This document shows positions 22,405 to 33,215 of a DNA stretch of 64,000 nucleotides, in pieces. Every line of letters starts with the position of its first letter. Positions within the stretch are counted from its first letter, which is position 1. The notes under the pieces were generated by a model. It did no database searches and was not told the DNA's origin. It saw nothing but the letters and a program-made list of their open reading frames with translations. The stretch is from Octopus sinensis (taxonomy: Eukaryota): NCBI RefSeq assembly GCF_006345805.1, contig NC_042999.1, forward strand, positions 58,156,001 through 58,220,000. Reading direction: 5' to 3'. The translations under genes and the position numbers were made by a program.

Positions 22405-23884
22405 CATCATCATCATCGTTTAACGTCCGCTTTCCATGCTAGCATGGGTTGGACGGTTCAACTGGGGTCTGCACCAGGCCAGTCAGATCTGGCAGTGTTT
22501 CTACAGCTGGATGCTCTTCCTAACGCCAACCACTCCGTGAGTGTAGTGGGTGCTTTTTACGTGCCACCAACACAGGTGTCAGACGAGGCTGGCAAATGGC
22601 CACGGTTGGATGGTGTTTTTTATGTGCCACCGGCACGGAGGCCAGGCGAGGCTGGCAATGGCCACGATCGGATGGTGTTTGTTACGTGCCACTGACACGG
22701 AGGCCAGTCGATGCGGCACAGGCTACGGCCACGTTCAGATGGTTCTCTTCCGTGTCACCGGCACTGGTATCACAACTACAAATTTCATTGATGTTGATCG
22801 ATTTCGATTTTGATTTTCACTTGCCTCAACAGGTCTTCACAAGTAGAGTTATGTGTCCCAAGAAGGAAGGTATGCACAGGTGGACTGACTACATCTCAGG
22901 TAGAGGCCACGGGTTATGGCCTCACTTGTCCTGCCGGGTCTTCTCACGCACAGCATACTTCCAAAGGTCTCGGTCTCTGGTCATTTCCTCGGTGAGACCT
23001 AAAGAGCGAAGGTCATGCTTCACCACCTCGTCCCAGGTTTTCCTGGGTCTATCTCTTCCACAGGTTCCCTCAACTGCTAGGGTGTGGCACTTTTTCACAC
23101 AACTATCTTCATCCATTCTCACCACGTGTCCATACCAGCGTAGACGTCTTTCTTGCACACCACATCTGATGCTTCTTAGGTCCAGCTTTATGCAAGCTTA
23201 CGCATATCCTCAGCAGTCACGGCCCATGTTTCACTGCCATGTAGCATGGCTGTTCGTACACATGCGTCATACAGTCTGCCTTTTACTCTGAGCAAGAGGC
23301 TTTTGTCACCAGCAGAGGTAAGAGCTCTCTGAACTTTGCCCAGGCTATTCTTACTCTAGCAGTTACACTTTCAGCACACCCGCCCCCGCTACTGACTTGA
23401 TCACCTAGGTAACGGAAACTATCAACTATTTCTAGTTTTTCTTTCTGGAACGTGGCAGAAGATGGTCTCTGCACATTTTCAGTGTTTATTGCTCCAGAGC
23501 ATCTGCCACATACAAAAACTATCTTCCTAGTTAGCCTTCCTTTGACATTGCTGCACCTCTTATGTGTCCATAGCTTACACTTGGTGCATCTTATAGAGTT
23601 CCTACCTACACCTTTTCTACAGATCGAGCAGGGCCATCTACCTGAAGGCGTTTGTGATTTGTCTACATTTCTACTTATTAGGACTTTGGTTTTAGCTAGG
23701 TTGATACTAAGGCCCTTCGTTTCTAATTCTTGCTTCCACGTCTGAAACCTCTCCTCATGTTCTGATAGTGACTCAGCAATTAGAGCAAGGTCATCAGCAT
23801 AGAGGAGCTCCCAGGGGCATCCTGTCTTGAATTCCTCTGTTATTGCTATGATACATAGGAGGGGGCTGAGGACTGAGCCGTGAA
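22405..23884 (-). mobile_element. 5'-truncated RTE-clade LINE (RT C-terminal half plus 3' UTR), frameshifted
   Basis: Minus-strand GSVLSPLL, WELLYADDLALIAE, GLSINLAKTKVL, LEIVDSFRYLG, RRLRWYGHVVRM, GRDRPRKTW; (GAT)n tail. Confidence 0.93.
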
Positions 23885-24049
23885 GACATATATGATATAA
23901 GGGTAATATGATATAAAGGTAATACTATGTATGTATAAATGGACATATATGACTACTTTCACGCCCTTCTGACCCCTCTTTTTACTGGGTCTTAATTTGG
24001 ATGCTGTATGGGAGGGAGCAAAAAATTATACTTCATTGAATCAAATTCA

Positions 24050-27000
24050 CAATGCACACTGAACTACCTAGCAAATGTATACTCAGATCTTTGCAAACAC
24101 TAAGAAAAGCCCCTCAGTGACTACTTCCTGTTGTTCCCTCAAGTATGCAATTTTAGGGCCGCAAACATCAATGGTGGCACAATGAAGGGGAGATCTGTTG
24201 AGATTGTTGAAATGATGGAGTGTCATCATATCGATGTGTGTGGTGTGCAAGAAGTGAGATGGAAAGGAGCTTCGTCTAGATTCCTCACAGGTAAGAAACA
24301 GGTTTAAATTCTTTTGGGTAGGCAGGAGTGATGGAGTGGGTGGTGTAGGCATACTCTTAGCAGAAAAATGGGTAGGTAAGGTAATTGAAGTAGTGAGAAT
24401 GTGTTAGGGTTATTAAGTTGAGAATTATCATAGATAGATTAATAATTACACATATCTCTGCCTATGTTCCACAGGCTGGATTGGCTGATGATTTGAATGA
24501 GGTCCTTTTACAGACTACCTCAACGGCAAATGACAGAGACTTCATTATTCTGGCTGGCAACTTTAATGGACATGTTGGGCAGCATTCCCATGGATTCCAT
24601 GGTGTGCATGGTGGTTGTGGCTTTGGCACCAGGAATGAAGAAGGTACAAGGATACTTGAATTTTGTGATGCAAATGATCTTATGATCTGTAACACTAACT
24701 TTAGAAAGCCAGCTAGCCACCTAATTATTTATTAGTCTGGTGGGAATATAAGCCAGGTTGATTACCTCCTCACCAGGCAAGGAGACAGACAAATGCAAAG
24801 TCTTTCCTAGGTGAAGAGTGTGTAATTTCAGAATTAAGGCTAGACATAAACCACGCTGGAAAAGGAGATTATGGAAGCTTGAAGACCCAGCAAACTAACA
24901 AAAATTTAGACATTCTACTGGAGGCCTCTGATGATAGAGGAGGAGGAAGAAGGGACATTTAGATTGGAGGACAACTGGAAGTTCCTGCGGAACAATTAAC
25001 TGGGTGCTGATGACCAAATCTGTGGTTGGTGCAAAGTCCCAGCCAGGCTAAGGGTGACTTGGTGGTAGAACAAGGAGATGGACAGTGCCATTAAATCAAA
25101 AAGATAGGTCTGAAAAGACTGGAAAAATGGTGGAAGCAAAGCATTATATCAGGGAGCTGGAAGGAAAGCTAGCTGACAGGTTTATATAACAAAAAGAATA
25201 GCAGAAGGTAAGAAGTTTGCCACTGTTATGCAGCACGAGGGTGAGAGGCATGAGGTGTTGAGGATTGCAAAGCAGTGTATCAGAGAGAATAGAGATGTGA
25301 TAGATGAGAGGTGTGTGTGTGAATGGATAATGGTATGGTTGCACTTAGTGACTCAGAGAAGAAAGATGTGTGGAGATGCCATTATGAAAGGTCATTAAAT
25401 GTGGAGAATGATTGGGAGAAGGAGTGTCTTTCAAGTATTGAATTAATTGAGGGACCAGCCATCAGAGTGGATAGCAGTATAATAAATATGGCAATTAAGA
25501 AAATGAAGACGAGGAAAACCCCTGGACCATTGGGTTTTCCTAGTCACTGCTGAGATGATTAAAATATCAGGTAGTGTGGAGGCAAAACCTGGAATCTTAA
25601 AGTTAACTTAGCTAAGATTAAAGTTGTTGTTAGTGAGAAAGGTGGTAAGACTCTCATTCCGGCTGGCAAATAGCCTGGCAAACAGCATGTAGGAAAGGAG
25701 TGGGATGTAATTCCATTCGCTGCACCAAGTGTAACCTATGGATGCATAAGAGATGCAGTGGAATCATGGGACGATTATCAGATAAGGTCGCTTTCGTGTG
25801 TGGCAGATGTGCAGGAACAGTGGACTTAAACTCTCTCAAATGCCCAGGAAGTTCTCGTAGATAGTTTCTGCTATTTAGGTGACCAAATTAGTAATGGTGG
25901 TGGATGCTCTGGAATAAGAAAAGGGTGGAGGAAGTTCAGAGAACTACTACCTTTGTTGGCAGCAAATGGACTCTCTCTCAGAGTGAAAGATAGGTTGTAT
26001 GATGCTTATGTGAGAACAGCTATGTTGTACAGTAGTGAGGCATGGGCTCTGACTGCGGAGGACTGGAGATGAATGAAGGTAATATGCTCCATTGGATTTG
26101 CAACATCAGTGTGCATGACCGACAAAGCACCACTGTGTTGAGAGAAAAGTTAAGCATAAGAGGGATTAAATGTGGTATGCAAGAGAGAAGACTCTTTTCA
26201 CCCACTCTTCCTTAAGAAATCAAACTACAATTCCTCTTCTAATTGCATCTTTCTCTTCCTCACATTCCCTCTTCATAAATTATGATTGTTTCCCAATCTC
26301 CTTTCCTGCCCTCACTGACATGCTCACTATATCACTGCTCCCCTCCATCCCACGACCACCCACACCCTATTTTTCTAACCAGGTTCTATGCTCATATTCT
26401 TGTTACTCGTGGGTATACCCTAGCACTACACCATCTCTCTTACACTTTTGCTGTTTCCTACTCTCTCTCTTTCCCTTTGGTCACTCTCTCCTTCTCTTGT
26501 TTTTCCTCTGACTAGGTAACCAAGTATCACCTTTACATCAGCACACTTGTTTCTGGCCTCTTTCTGTACCTCTCTCTCACTTTCTATTCCCCCCCTCTCT
26601 CTATATATAGCAAGATACCTATTTCTGCCTCTCTGTTTCTCTGTTACACTCTAACCTTTCATCATTTGATACTGGATCACCTCTGTTGTGGCAAGACACC
26701 TGCTTCTGTCTCTTTCCCTTTGTCACACTCTAACTTTTATCCTCTGACACAAATGCCCTACCCCTCTCATAATTCCTTGTCTTGTTAGTTACTTAGTTAC
26801 CCTGCCAGTGCTGGTGTCATGTTAAAAGCACCCAGTCCACACAAATGTGGTTGGCATCTGGAAGGGCATCAAACTGTAAAAATCCTGCCAAAACTAACTT
26901 CGCCTGTGCTAGTGCCATGTGAAAAGCACTGAGTCTACCCTGCAGAGTGGTTGGCGTTAGGAAAGGCATCCAGTTGTAAAAACCCTGCCAAAACAGACAC

Positions 27001-27098
27001 AGTAACCTTGGGTAGATTTTCTACCTGGTTGGTTCCTGTCAACTGTCCTACCCATGCATGCATGGAAGATGGATGTTAAATGATGCTGTCGATGATGA
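24050..27098 (+). mobile_element. Older, internally deleted RTE LINE: AP endonuclease, partial RT, long CT-rich 3' region and terminal tail
   Basis: GTMKGRSVEIVEMM..IDVCGVQEVRWKG, ILAGNFNGHVG, GFGTRNEEGTRILEFCDANDLMICNTNFRK, KTPGP, FCYLGDQIS, RKFRELLPLL; the YADD region appears deleted near 25560-25590; tail at 26790-27098. Confidence 0.85.
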
Positions 27099-27261
27099 TA
27101 TAGTAGAATAATAAAAAGAAAGTTCTTGGTACAGTATAATATACTTGTAAAAATGAATAGAGATGGCTTTTTAGGGGATAATTTTTACTTTAATAATAAT
27201 GTTTACAGTGAGTGACTCTGGTATGAGTTTCAAACTGAAAAATGTAATGTTTTACTCATCA

Positions 27262-27520
27262 AATCATCATCATTATCGTTTAATGTCCGTTTTCCATGAT
27301 GGCATGGGTTGGACAGTTTGACTGGGGTCTGGGAAGCCAGGAGGCTGCACCATGCTCCAATCTGATCTGGCAGTGTTTCTACAGCTGGATGCCCTTCCTA
27401 ACGCCAACCACTCTGAGAGAGTAGTGGGTGCTTTTTACATGCCACCTGCACAGGGGCCAGGGTAGTGGCGGCTGGCAATAGCCATGATCGGTTGGTGCTT
27501 TTTGCGTGCTACTGGCACAG
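27262..27520 (-). mobile_element. RTE 3' UTR copy, antisense
   Basis: catcattatcgtttaatgtccgttttccatg...gatgcccttcctaacgccaacc. Confidence 0.85.
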
Positions 27521-27897
27521 AAAACACAATCTTTCAGGATGATAATGCACCAATTCACACAACTAAAGTTGTTACTGATTGGCATGAGGAACATTCTAGT
27601 GAAGTTGAACATCTTATCGGGCCATCACACTTCCCAGATCTCAATATTATTGAATATCTATGGTGCATTTTAGAAAAACAGTTAAGGAGTTGATATCTTC
27701 CACCGTTATCACTACAAGAACTGGAGACTGTTTTTTGCTGAAGAATGGATAAAAATTCCTTTGGAAACAATTCAAACTTTGTACAAGCCCATACCTTGTA
27801 GAATTCAAGCTGTAATTACTGCCAATGGCAGTCCTACCCTTATTAAAATGAATTTGTTTGAAATTTTAAGATGTTTCCATTATTTTGTCAAACCCCT
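27521..27897 (+). mobile_element. Tc1-family transposase C-terminal fragment with a probable right TIR
   Basis: IFQDDNAPIHTTKVVTDWHEEHSSEVEHLIGPSHFPDLNIIEYLW; ends gtttccattattttgtcaaacccc. Confidence 0.85.
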
Positions 27898-28091
27898 TTT
27901 TGTATATGTGTATATATATGTGGTGTGTGTGTGTGGTGTGTGTGTGTGTATACATACACACATGGCATGTTTCAGTCTTTCTACTACCCATCCTGTGTTG
28001 TTATCGAGGTAAATTGTATTTTCACCTAGTATGGATGGTAATTTAGTATTGAAGTAACTTAATTTGTTTTCCATCATTTATCTTTTTACAG

Positions 28092-28196
28092 ACTGCAAGT
28101 GGTTTAGCTGTTTATCATTCAAAGAATTCCAAAGAAAGACAAGCTAACACAAAATATGCTATGTGGGCTGCCGAGCAGATCAATGAAATCTATGGA
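28092..28196 (+). CDS. EMC2: EMC2 coding exon (105 nt): TASGLAVYHSKNSKERQANTKYAMWAAEQINEIYG
   Basis: ttacag/gtaagt boundaries; matches [35 protein letters not shown]. Confidence 0.94.
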
Positions 28197-28279
28197 GTAA
28201 GTGTTTTTTGCTATCTTTTCAAAAATATTTCCCTTTTGTTGTTCCAATTTCTTGTTGGCTAATAACAGCATCGTTGGTA

Positions 28280-28662
28280 AGGCACAGGTGTAGATGTGTT
28301 AAGAAGTTTGTTTCCCAACCACATGGTTTTGGGTTCAGTTCCCCTGTGTAGCACCTTGGGCAGGTGTTTTCAACCATAGCCCCAGGCCAACAAAAGATTT
28401 GGTTGATAGAAACTGAAAGAAGCCCATTGTGTGTTACTGTCTTCTTGCCTTGATATTGCAAAATAGTTGTAAATGAGTCCCCACCATGCAAGCATTGTCC
28501 TTAATTTCGCCTCGTCTGAGACATGTCTGCTTATTGGAAGATATTACTTTACTTGGAAACAAGTGAGTGTTGGTGACAGGAAAAGCATCTTCCATAGAAA
28601 ATCTGCATCTCCTAATTCCATCTGATCCATGCTCGCATGGAAAAGTGGATGTTAAATGATCA
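28280..28662 (+). mobile_element. Older tRNA-headed SINE with an RTE-like tail, in the last EMC2 intron
   Basis: tcccaaccacatggttttgggttcagttccc head; catggaaaagtggatgttaaatgatc tail. Confidence 0.75.
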
Positions 28663-28800
28663 TTACAAACATTGTTGAGAAAAAATTCAGCTAAGTTTTG
28701 GACACAATTTGAAAGCTTGAATATCAAAATTTTAATATACCCATGTATCAATCCATTATCTCTAATGATAACGAGGGTCATTATTTTTCTCTCTTTTCAG

Positions 28801-28893
28801 AATGAATTGACGAAAAGCCAAATATCTAATATGAAAATCACAGAAACTATAGAGAAATTGTTAGGAGAAATCTCAGCGAAGACAACAAACTGA
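28801..28893 (+). CDS. EMC2: EMC2 last coding exon: NELTKSQISNMKITETIEKLLGEISAKTTN-stop
   Basis: Pyrimidine tract plus ttttcag acceptor, phase 0, TGA at 28891-28893; length and position fit the EMC2 C-terminus, though sequence similarity is weak. Confidence 0.85.
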   Translation, partial: NELTKSQISNMKITETIEKLLGEISAKTTN

Positions 28894-29481
28894 TATTATC
28901 AACGTTTTTCTAGAAACTCACAATTGTTTGTGTCTGTGTGTATCTATCTACCCATCTATATCTAATTATCTATCTACCTACCTGTCTATATGTGTGCGTG
29001 AGTGTGTGAGAGAGAAGAGAGAGAGATAGGAAGATTTACTGACATGCGGTGTCTGATGCTAGTGGCCTGTTTGCTGGATACTACCCTCACCCAGATTTAT
29101 ATTACGAGTATGGTTGGTTTTGTAAGGTTGTGTGACTGATATTATGATTATATTATGATTATTATTCCTAACCACTTGTGTGTGAGCATGATGGAATTGG
29201 CAGCTGCAGCAGCACTAACTGTTGGACAACACTATTATGTATGGCTACTATGGTAGTCAACTTGGACTGTTCATAATTGAAATGTGCTCTTTCAATACTG
29301 TAAGAGTCTCTTTGTTATCCCTATTAACTCATTAGTAATGAATTTACATAAATATTCTCTACACCCTTCAGACGTTTTTGACAGTTTTTTTATATTTATT
29401 CCAGAGAATTGTATCAAATTTATGTGGCACCGACTAGGGAACAAAAAATTTGGCTCAAGAATGAGAGTAACTAATTTATAT

Positions 29482-29716
29482 ATGTAAAAAGCACCAACCG
29501 ATCGTGGTTGTTTGCCAGCCTCCTCTGGCACCTGTGCCAGTGGCACGTAAAAAGCACCCACTACACTCACGGAGTGGTTGGCGTTAGGAAGGGCATCCAG
29601 CTGTAGAAACACTGCCAGATCAGACTGGGCCTGGTGCAGCCTCCTGGCTTCCCAGACCCCGGTTGAACCGTCCAACCCATGCTAGCACGGAAAGCGGACG
29701 TTAAACGATGATGATG
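29482..29716 (+). mobile_element. RTE 3' UTR copy downstream of the EMC2 stop
   Basis: Near-consensus core and aaacgatgatgatg tail; an antisense related copy lies at ~29936-30185. Confidence 0.85.
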
Positions 29717-32559
29717 TATATATTATTCCAAGGAGTGACAACTTCAAAAAGATGGTTATGTCTGGCTACTTAAAATATAGTACCCAAAGATAAATATGAG
29801 AGTGGAAAAATATTTGATCCATAGTCATTAGTCTGACAAAATATATATTCCGTTTTGCCTATGGCTCATCAAGAACTAAGCTAAGTTCCCAAGGAGCTAT
29901 AGGCAAAAGAGAATCTATATTTTGTCAGATTAATGATTCATCATCATTTAACATCCGTTTTCCATGCTGGAATAGGTTTGATTGGAACAGGCCATCCAAA
30001 GAGCTTCCCAGGCTCCAATTATCTGTTTTGGCATGGTTTCTATGGCTAATTGCCCTTCCTATTGCCAACCACTTTGCAAAGTGTACAGGTTGCTTTCCAT
30101 GTGGCACTGACATGGGTACTTTTTTTATGTGACACCAACATGTATGCTTTCATGTGGTGCTGGCTCGGATGCTTTTTACATGCGGGATGAAATATATATA
30201 ACAGAATTCGAATAAGTTTGTAACATTCCTCATCAGGTTAGTTTTTGTCATCTGTCATTACGTTCTGAGTTCAAATTCCGCGAAGCTCGACTTTGCCTTT
30301 CATCCTTTTGGGGTCGATTAAATAAGTATTTAATTACACACTGGAGTTGATGTAATCAACTTAAACCCCTTGTCTGTCCTTGTTTGTCCCCTCTATGTTT
30401 AGCCCCTTATGGGCGATAGAGAAAGAAATAGAAAGGGCAATTAGCCATAGAAACCATGTCAAAACAGACAATTGGAGCCTGGGAAGCTCTCTGGCTGGCC
30501 AGTTCCAGTTAAACCTATGCAGTTTAATTTTTAAAGACCTATCTACATAATTATTAAAATATGATTGAAAAGACAAATTTCTTTTTTTAAAATATTGCTT
30601 GGTTTGATTTTCTCTTGTAATTTTCCTCAAGCATGTCTCTCTCTTAAGTGTCTAGCAGAAGCCATACTGAGATACCAATTATTTTGGTAATGCAGCAATA
30701 TCTACAACAATATCCACCCATCATCCATCTTCTCTAACCACTTTTCCTGGGGGGTTCATTGAGGTAGAGTCCTCAGGCATATATATCCTCCATGGGGTCC
30801 TGTCAGAAGCAACCGTTGTTAGACTTTCCAACTGGACTCCCATGTGTGATCAACTATGAGACTATGGATCCTATCCAACCCTCCTGTTCTTGGTCTACTC
30901 CCAGATCTCCTGCTCGTTGGTGTAGCTTGAAGAATCTGTCTTTCAATTCCATCATGTGAAATTATAATAACATATCAATAGTTCTGGAGTTGTGACCTCT
31001 GCATATTTCTCTGGGACACCAACACTAGTGAAGTTACCTCTAAATTGTCTCTGTTTGTTAAAGACGATGTAACTATGAAAGCAAATAGTAAAGTGCTGAC
31101 AGAACATTGTTATAATGAGAAGGTGAAGGGAACAAAATATGATGGTTGAAACAGTGATTGAAGTGGTGGGAGAGGAGAGTGATAGCCGGGTGTATTGGGT
31201 ACAGGCTGATAGTAGGGAAGGTTGAATACAAGTAGATCCATTCCTATCTTTGTTATATGGGTAGCACGACCCAGTGAATAGAAGTGAGGGTCAAACAGGT
31301 CTGATGATATTCCTATACAGGCAGCACAGTACAGTCTGTAGGAGTGATTCAGTGGTATCTTTAGTTGTTTAAGCAACAAAGAACAGTGAAATGAAAGAGG
31401 GGAGGAGGGGGAAGCACCTTAATTGGTTCTAGATAAACAAGAAGGGGTATAGCTGATTGAAATTAAAGGTATAAATTAAATATGGGACATAACTGATTGG
31501 TACCAGAGTCACAAATAGGAAAAGCATAGCTGTTTTGTACCAATATCATAAATAAGAAAGGGCATAGTTAAATCAACTACAGTTGACCAGTTAACTGGTG
31601 CTTGTTACAGATGTCTACAACTGTTAATGGGAAGGGAGATAACTGTTGCTTTATCATGATAGCTTTTATAATTTCGGTTGTTAAAAAAAAAAGCGCTGTT
31701 CTTCTTCATCAACAGTACTATCTCATTATTTTGGTTTTCATACACAGTCTATACATGATCACATTACCCAATGCCCTTTTTTAAAGATGATAGGGGGTGA
31801 TTTGGTTGCTATTTCTTGCAGATCGAGCAACCATGTAGATGCTCCCTCAGCTTGTCATAAACCTTATGGAAGTTGGTAAGTAATGTGATAAAGGAATAAA
31901 ATGATAATAGACAAAGTCTATACTTCTACAAGGAAGGAATGATTCTACCAAACTTCAACAGGTAACATCTCAGTCTGCTAGAAACAGTATTTAAACCACC
32001 CTCAAATCTCTCCTAGCTGCCTTAATGCAGTCCTAGATGCACTGTGAGCACAACAAATATAGTATATTTCATGTTTATTTTCTCTGAAATGTTCATTTGA
32101 ATTAAACTTTAGTTGTTTTTGTCCATAGTTTATCTTGGACTACAAGTTCCCTTTGATCCAGCAACATGTGACCAAAAACATTCTTACCGTGACCACCCCT
32201 ATCTATTTGTATATTGAGGATTACCTTGTCCATTGCATCACTATTTTTTGTTGTTTAGCCTTGGAAAAGCCCTATCAATCATGCTTTCTTTCTGTGTGCA
32301 AGGAATACAGAACTGTTTTATCCAATTGTCTTTTATTTCTATTTTAAAATATTTTAGCTCCTCATTCTATAACCCTCCAGCACTTAGATTTATTCCGTCA
32401 AATGTAACTCATGTTTATTCATATTGTTTTGAATCATGCATTATCTTGTAACTTGAATATTTCTGTGACGATTGTTTATCTTTAGAATGACATTGTAAGG
32501 TAGGTGTGAGAGGCCAGATCTGATCAGTGGAATATTTGGGGCTGATGGGGGTCAGTTTA

Positions 32560-32659
32560 NNNNNNNNNNNNNNNNNNNNNNNNNNNNNNNNNNNNNNNNN
32601 NNNNNNNNNNNNNNNNNNNNNNNNNNNNNNNNNNNNNNNNNNNNNNNNNNNNNNNNNNN
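32560..32659. other. Assembly gap (exactly 100 N)
   Basis: Seen directly; a round 100 N usually marks a join of unknown size, so left-right adjacency is uncertain. Confidence 0.99.
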
Positions 32660-32854
32660 AGAAATTCAAGCACTTCGAAAAGTGCGAAATAGAAAAATGC
32701 CTGGCCCCTATATGGAAAGATATAAAATACATAGCGAGGGGGCCGGGCATATGGAACAATAGAAACCAGATTCGAGACGGCCGAAAAAGACCAAGAGCAC
32801 TCAGTGAGTCCTCTAAAAACGAAGGAGTTGGTGCTGCCCCCAACAGAGAACAGT

Positions 32855-33215
32855 ACGCGGATCTTTTCGGTTTGAACGGCAGTTTTTAACATAATTTCTA
32901 GGTAATTAAAAAATTTTAAACTTCGTATACTAGTAGAATGTTCTTTATAAAACATCTTTTTCTCTTGGCTTTAGTGAGAAAATTCTATAGTTTGTAAGAT
33001 ATTTGTTGTTTTTTTTTCTTCAATTTCTGCAATTTCAACCAATCAATGACGTCCATTGAGGTAAACAACATTCTGTGCCGTATGAATATGTTCCTCGTTT
33101 AAGAAACAGATTGGGTTTATTTACATTTGTGAAGAAAAAAAGATACCCTTCCCCCACCCCTAACCCTAACCCTAACTAACCCTAAGTAACTCTAACCCTA
33201 AACAGATTGAAATGC
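32855..33215 (+). mobile_element. Truncated non-autonomous DNA-type element containing a degenerate (CCCTAA)n tract at ~33158-33201
   Basis: Begins ggatcttttcggtttgaacggcagttttt; AT-rich body; ccctaaccctaaccctaa. No second TIR found in the window. Confidence 0.5.

Noticed and set aside
22596-23291. 231-aa ORF on the + strand
   Set aside because: Antisense shadow of the RTE ORF2 and 3' UTR on the minus strand.
30195-30236. Minus-strand TAAC-CTGATGA-GGAAT...ATTC-GAATTCT-GTTA hammerhead-like string
   Set aside because: GAAA and the cleavage triplet are missing; at best a dead relic, and possibly chance.
33158-33201. (CCCTAA)n as a chromosome end or fusion scar
   Set aside because: Only ~45 bp, degenerate and embedded in a transposon-like element.
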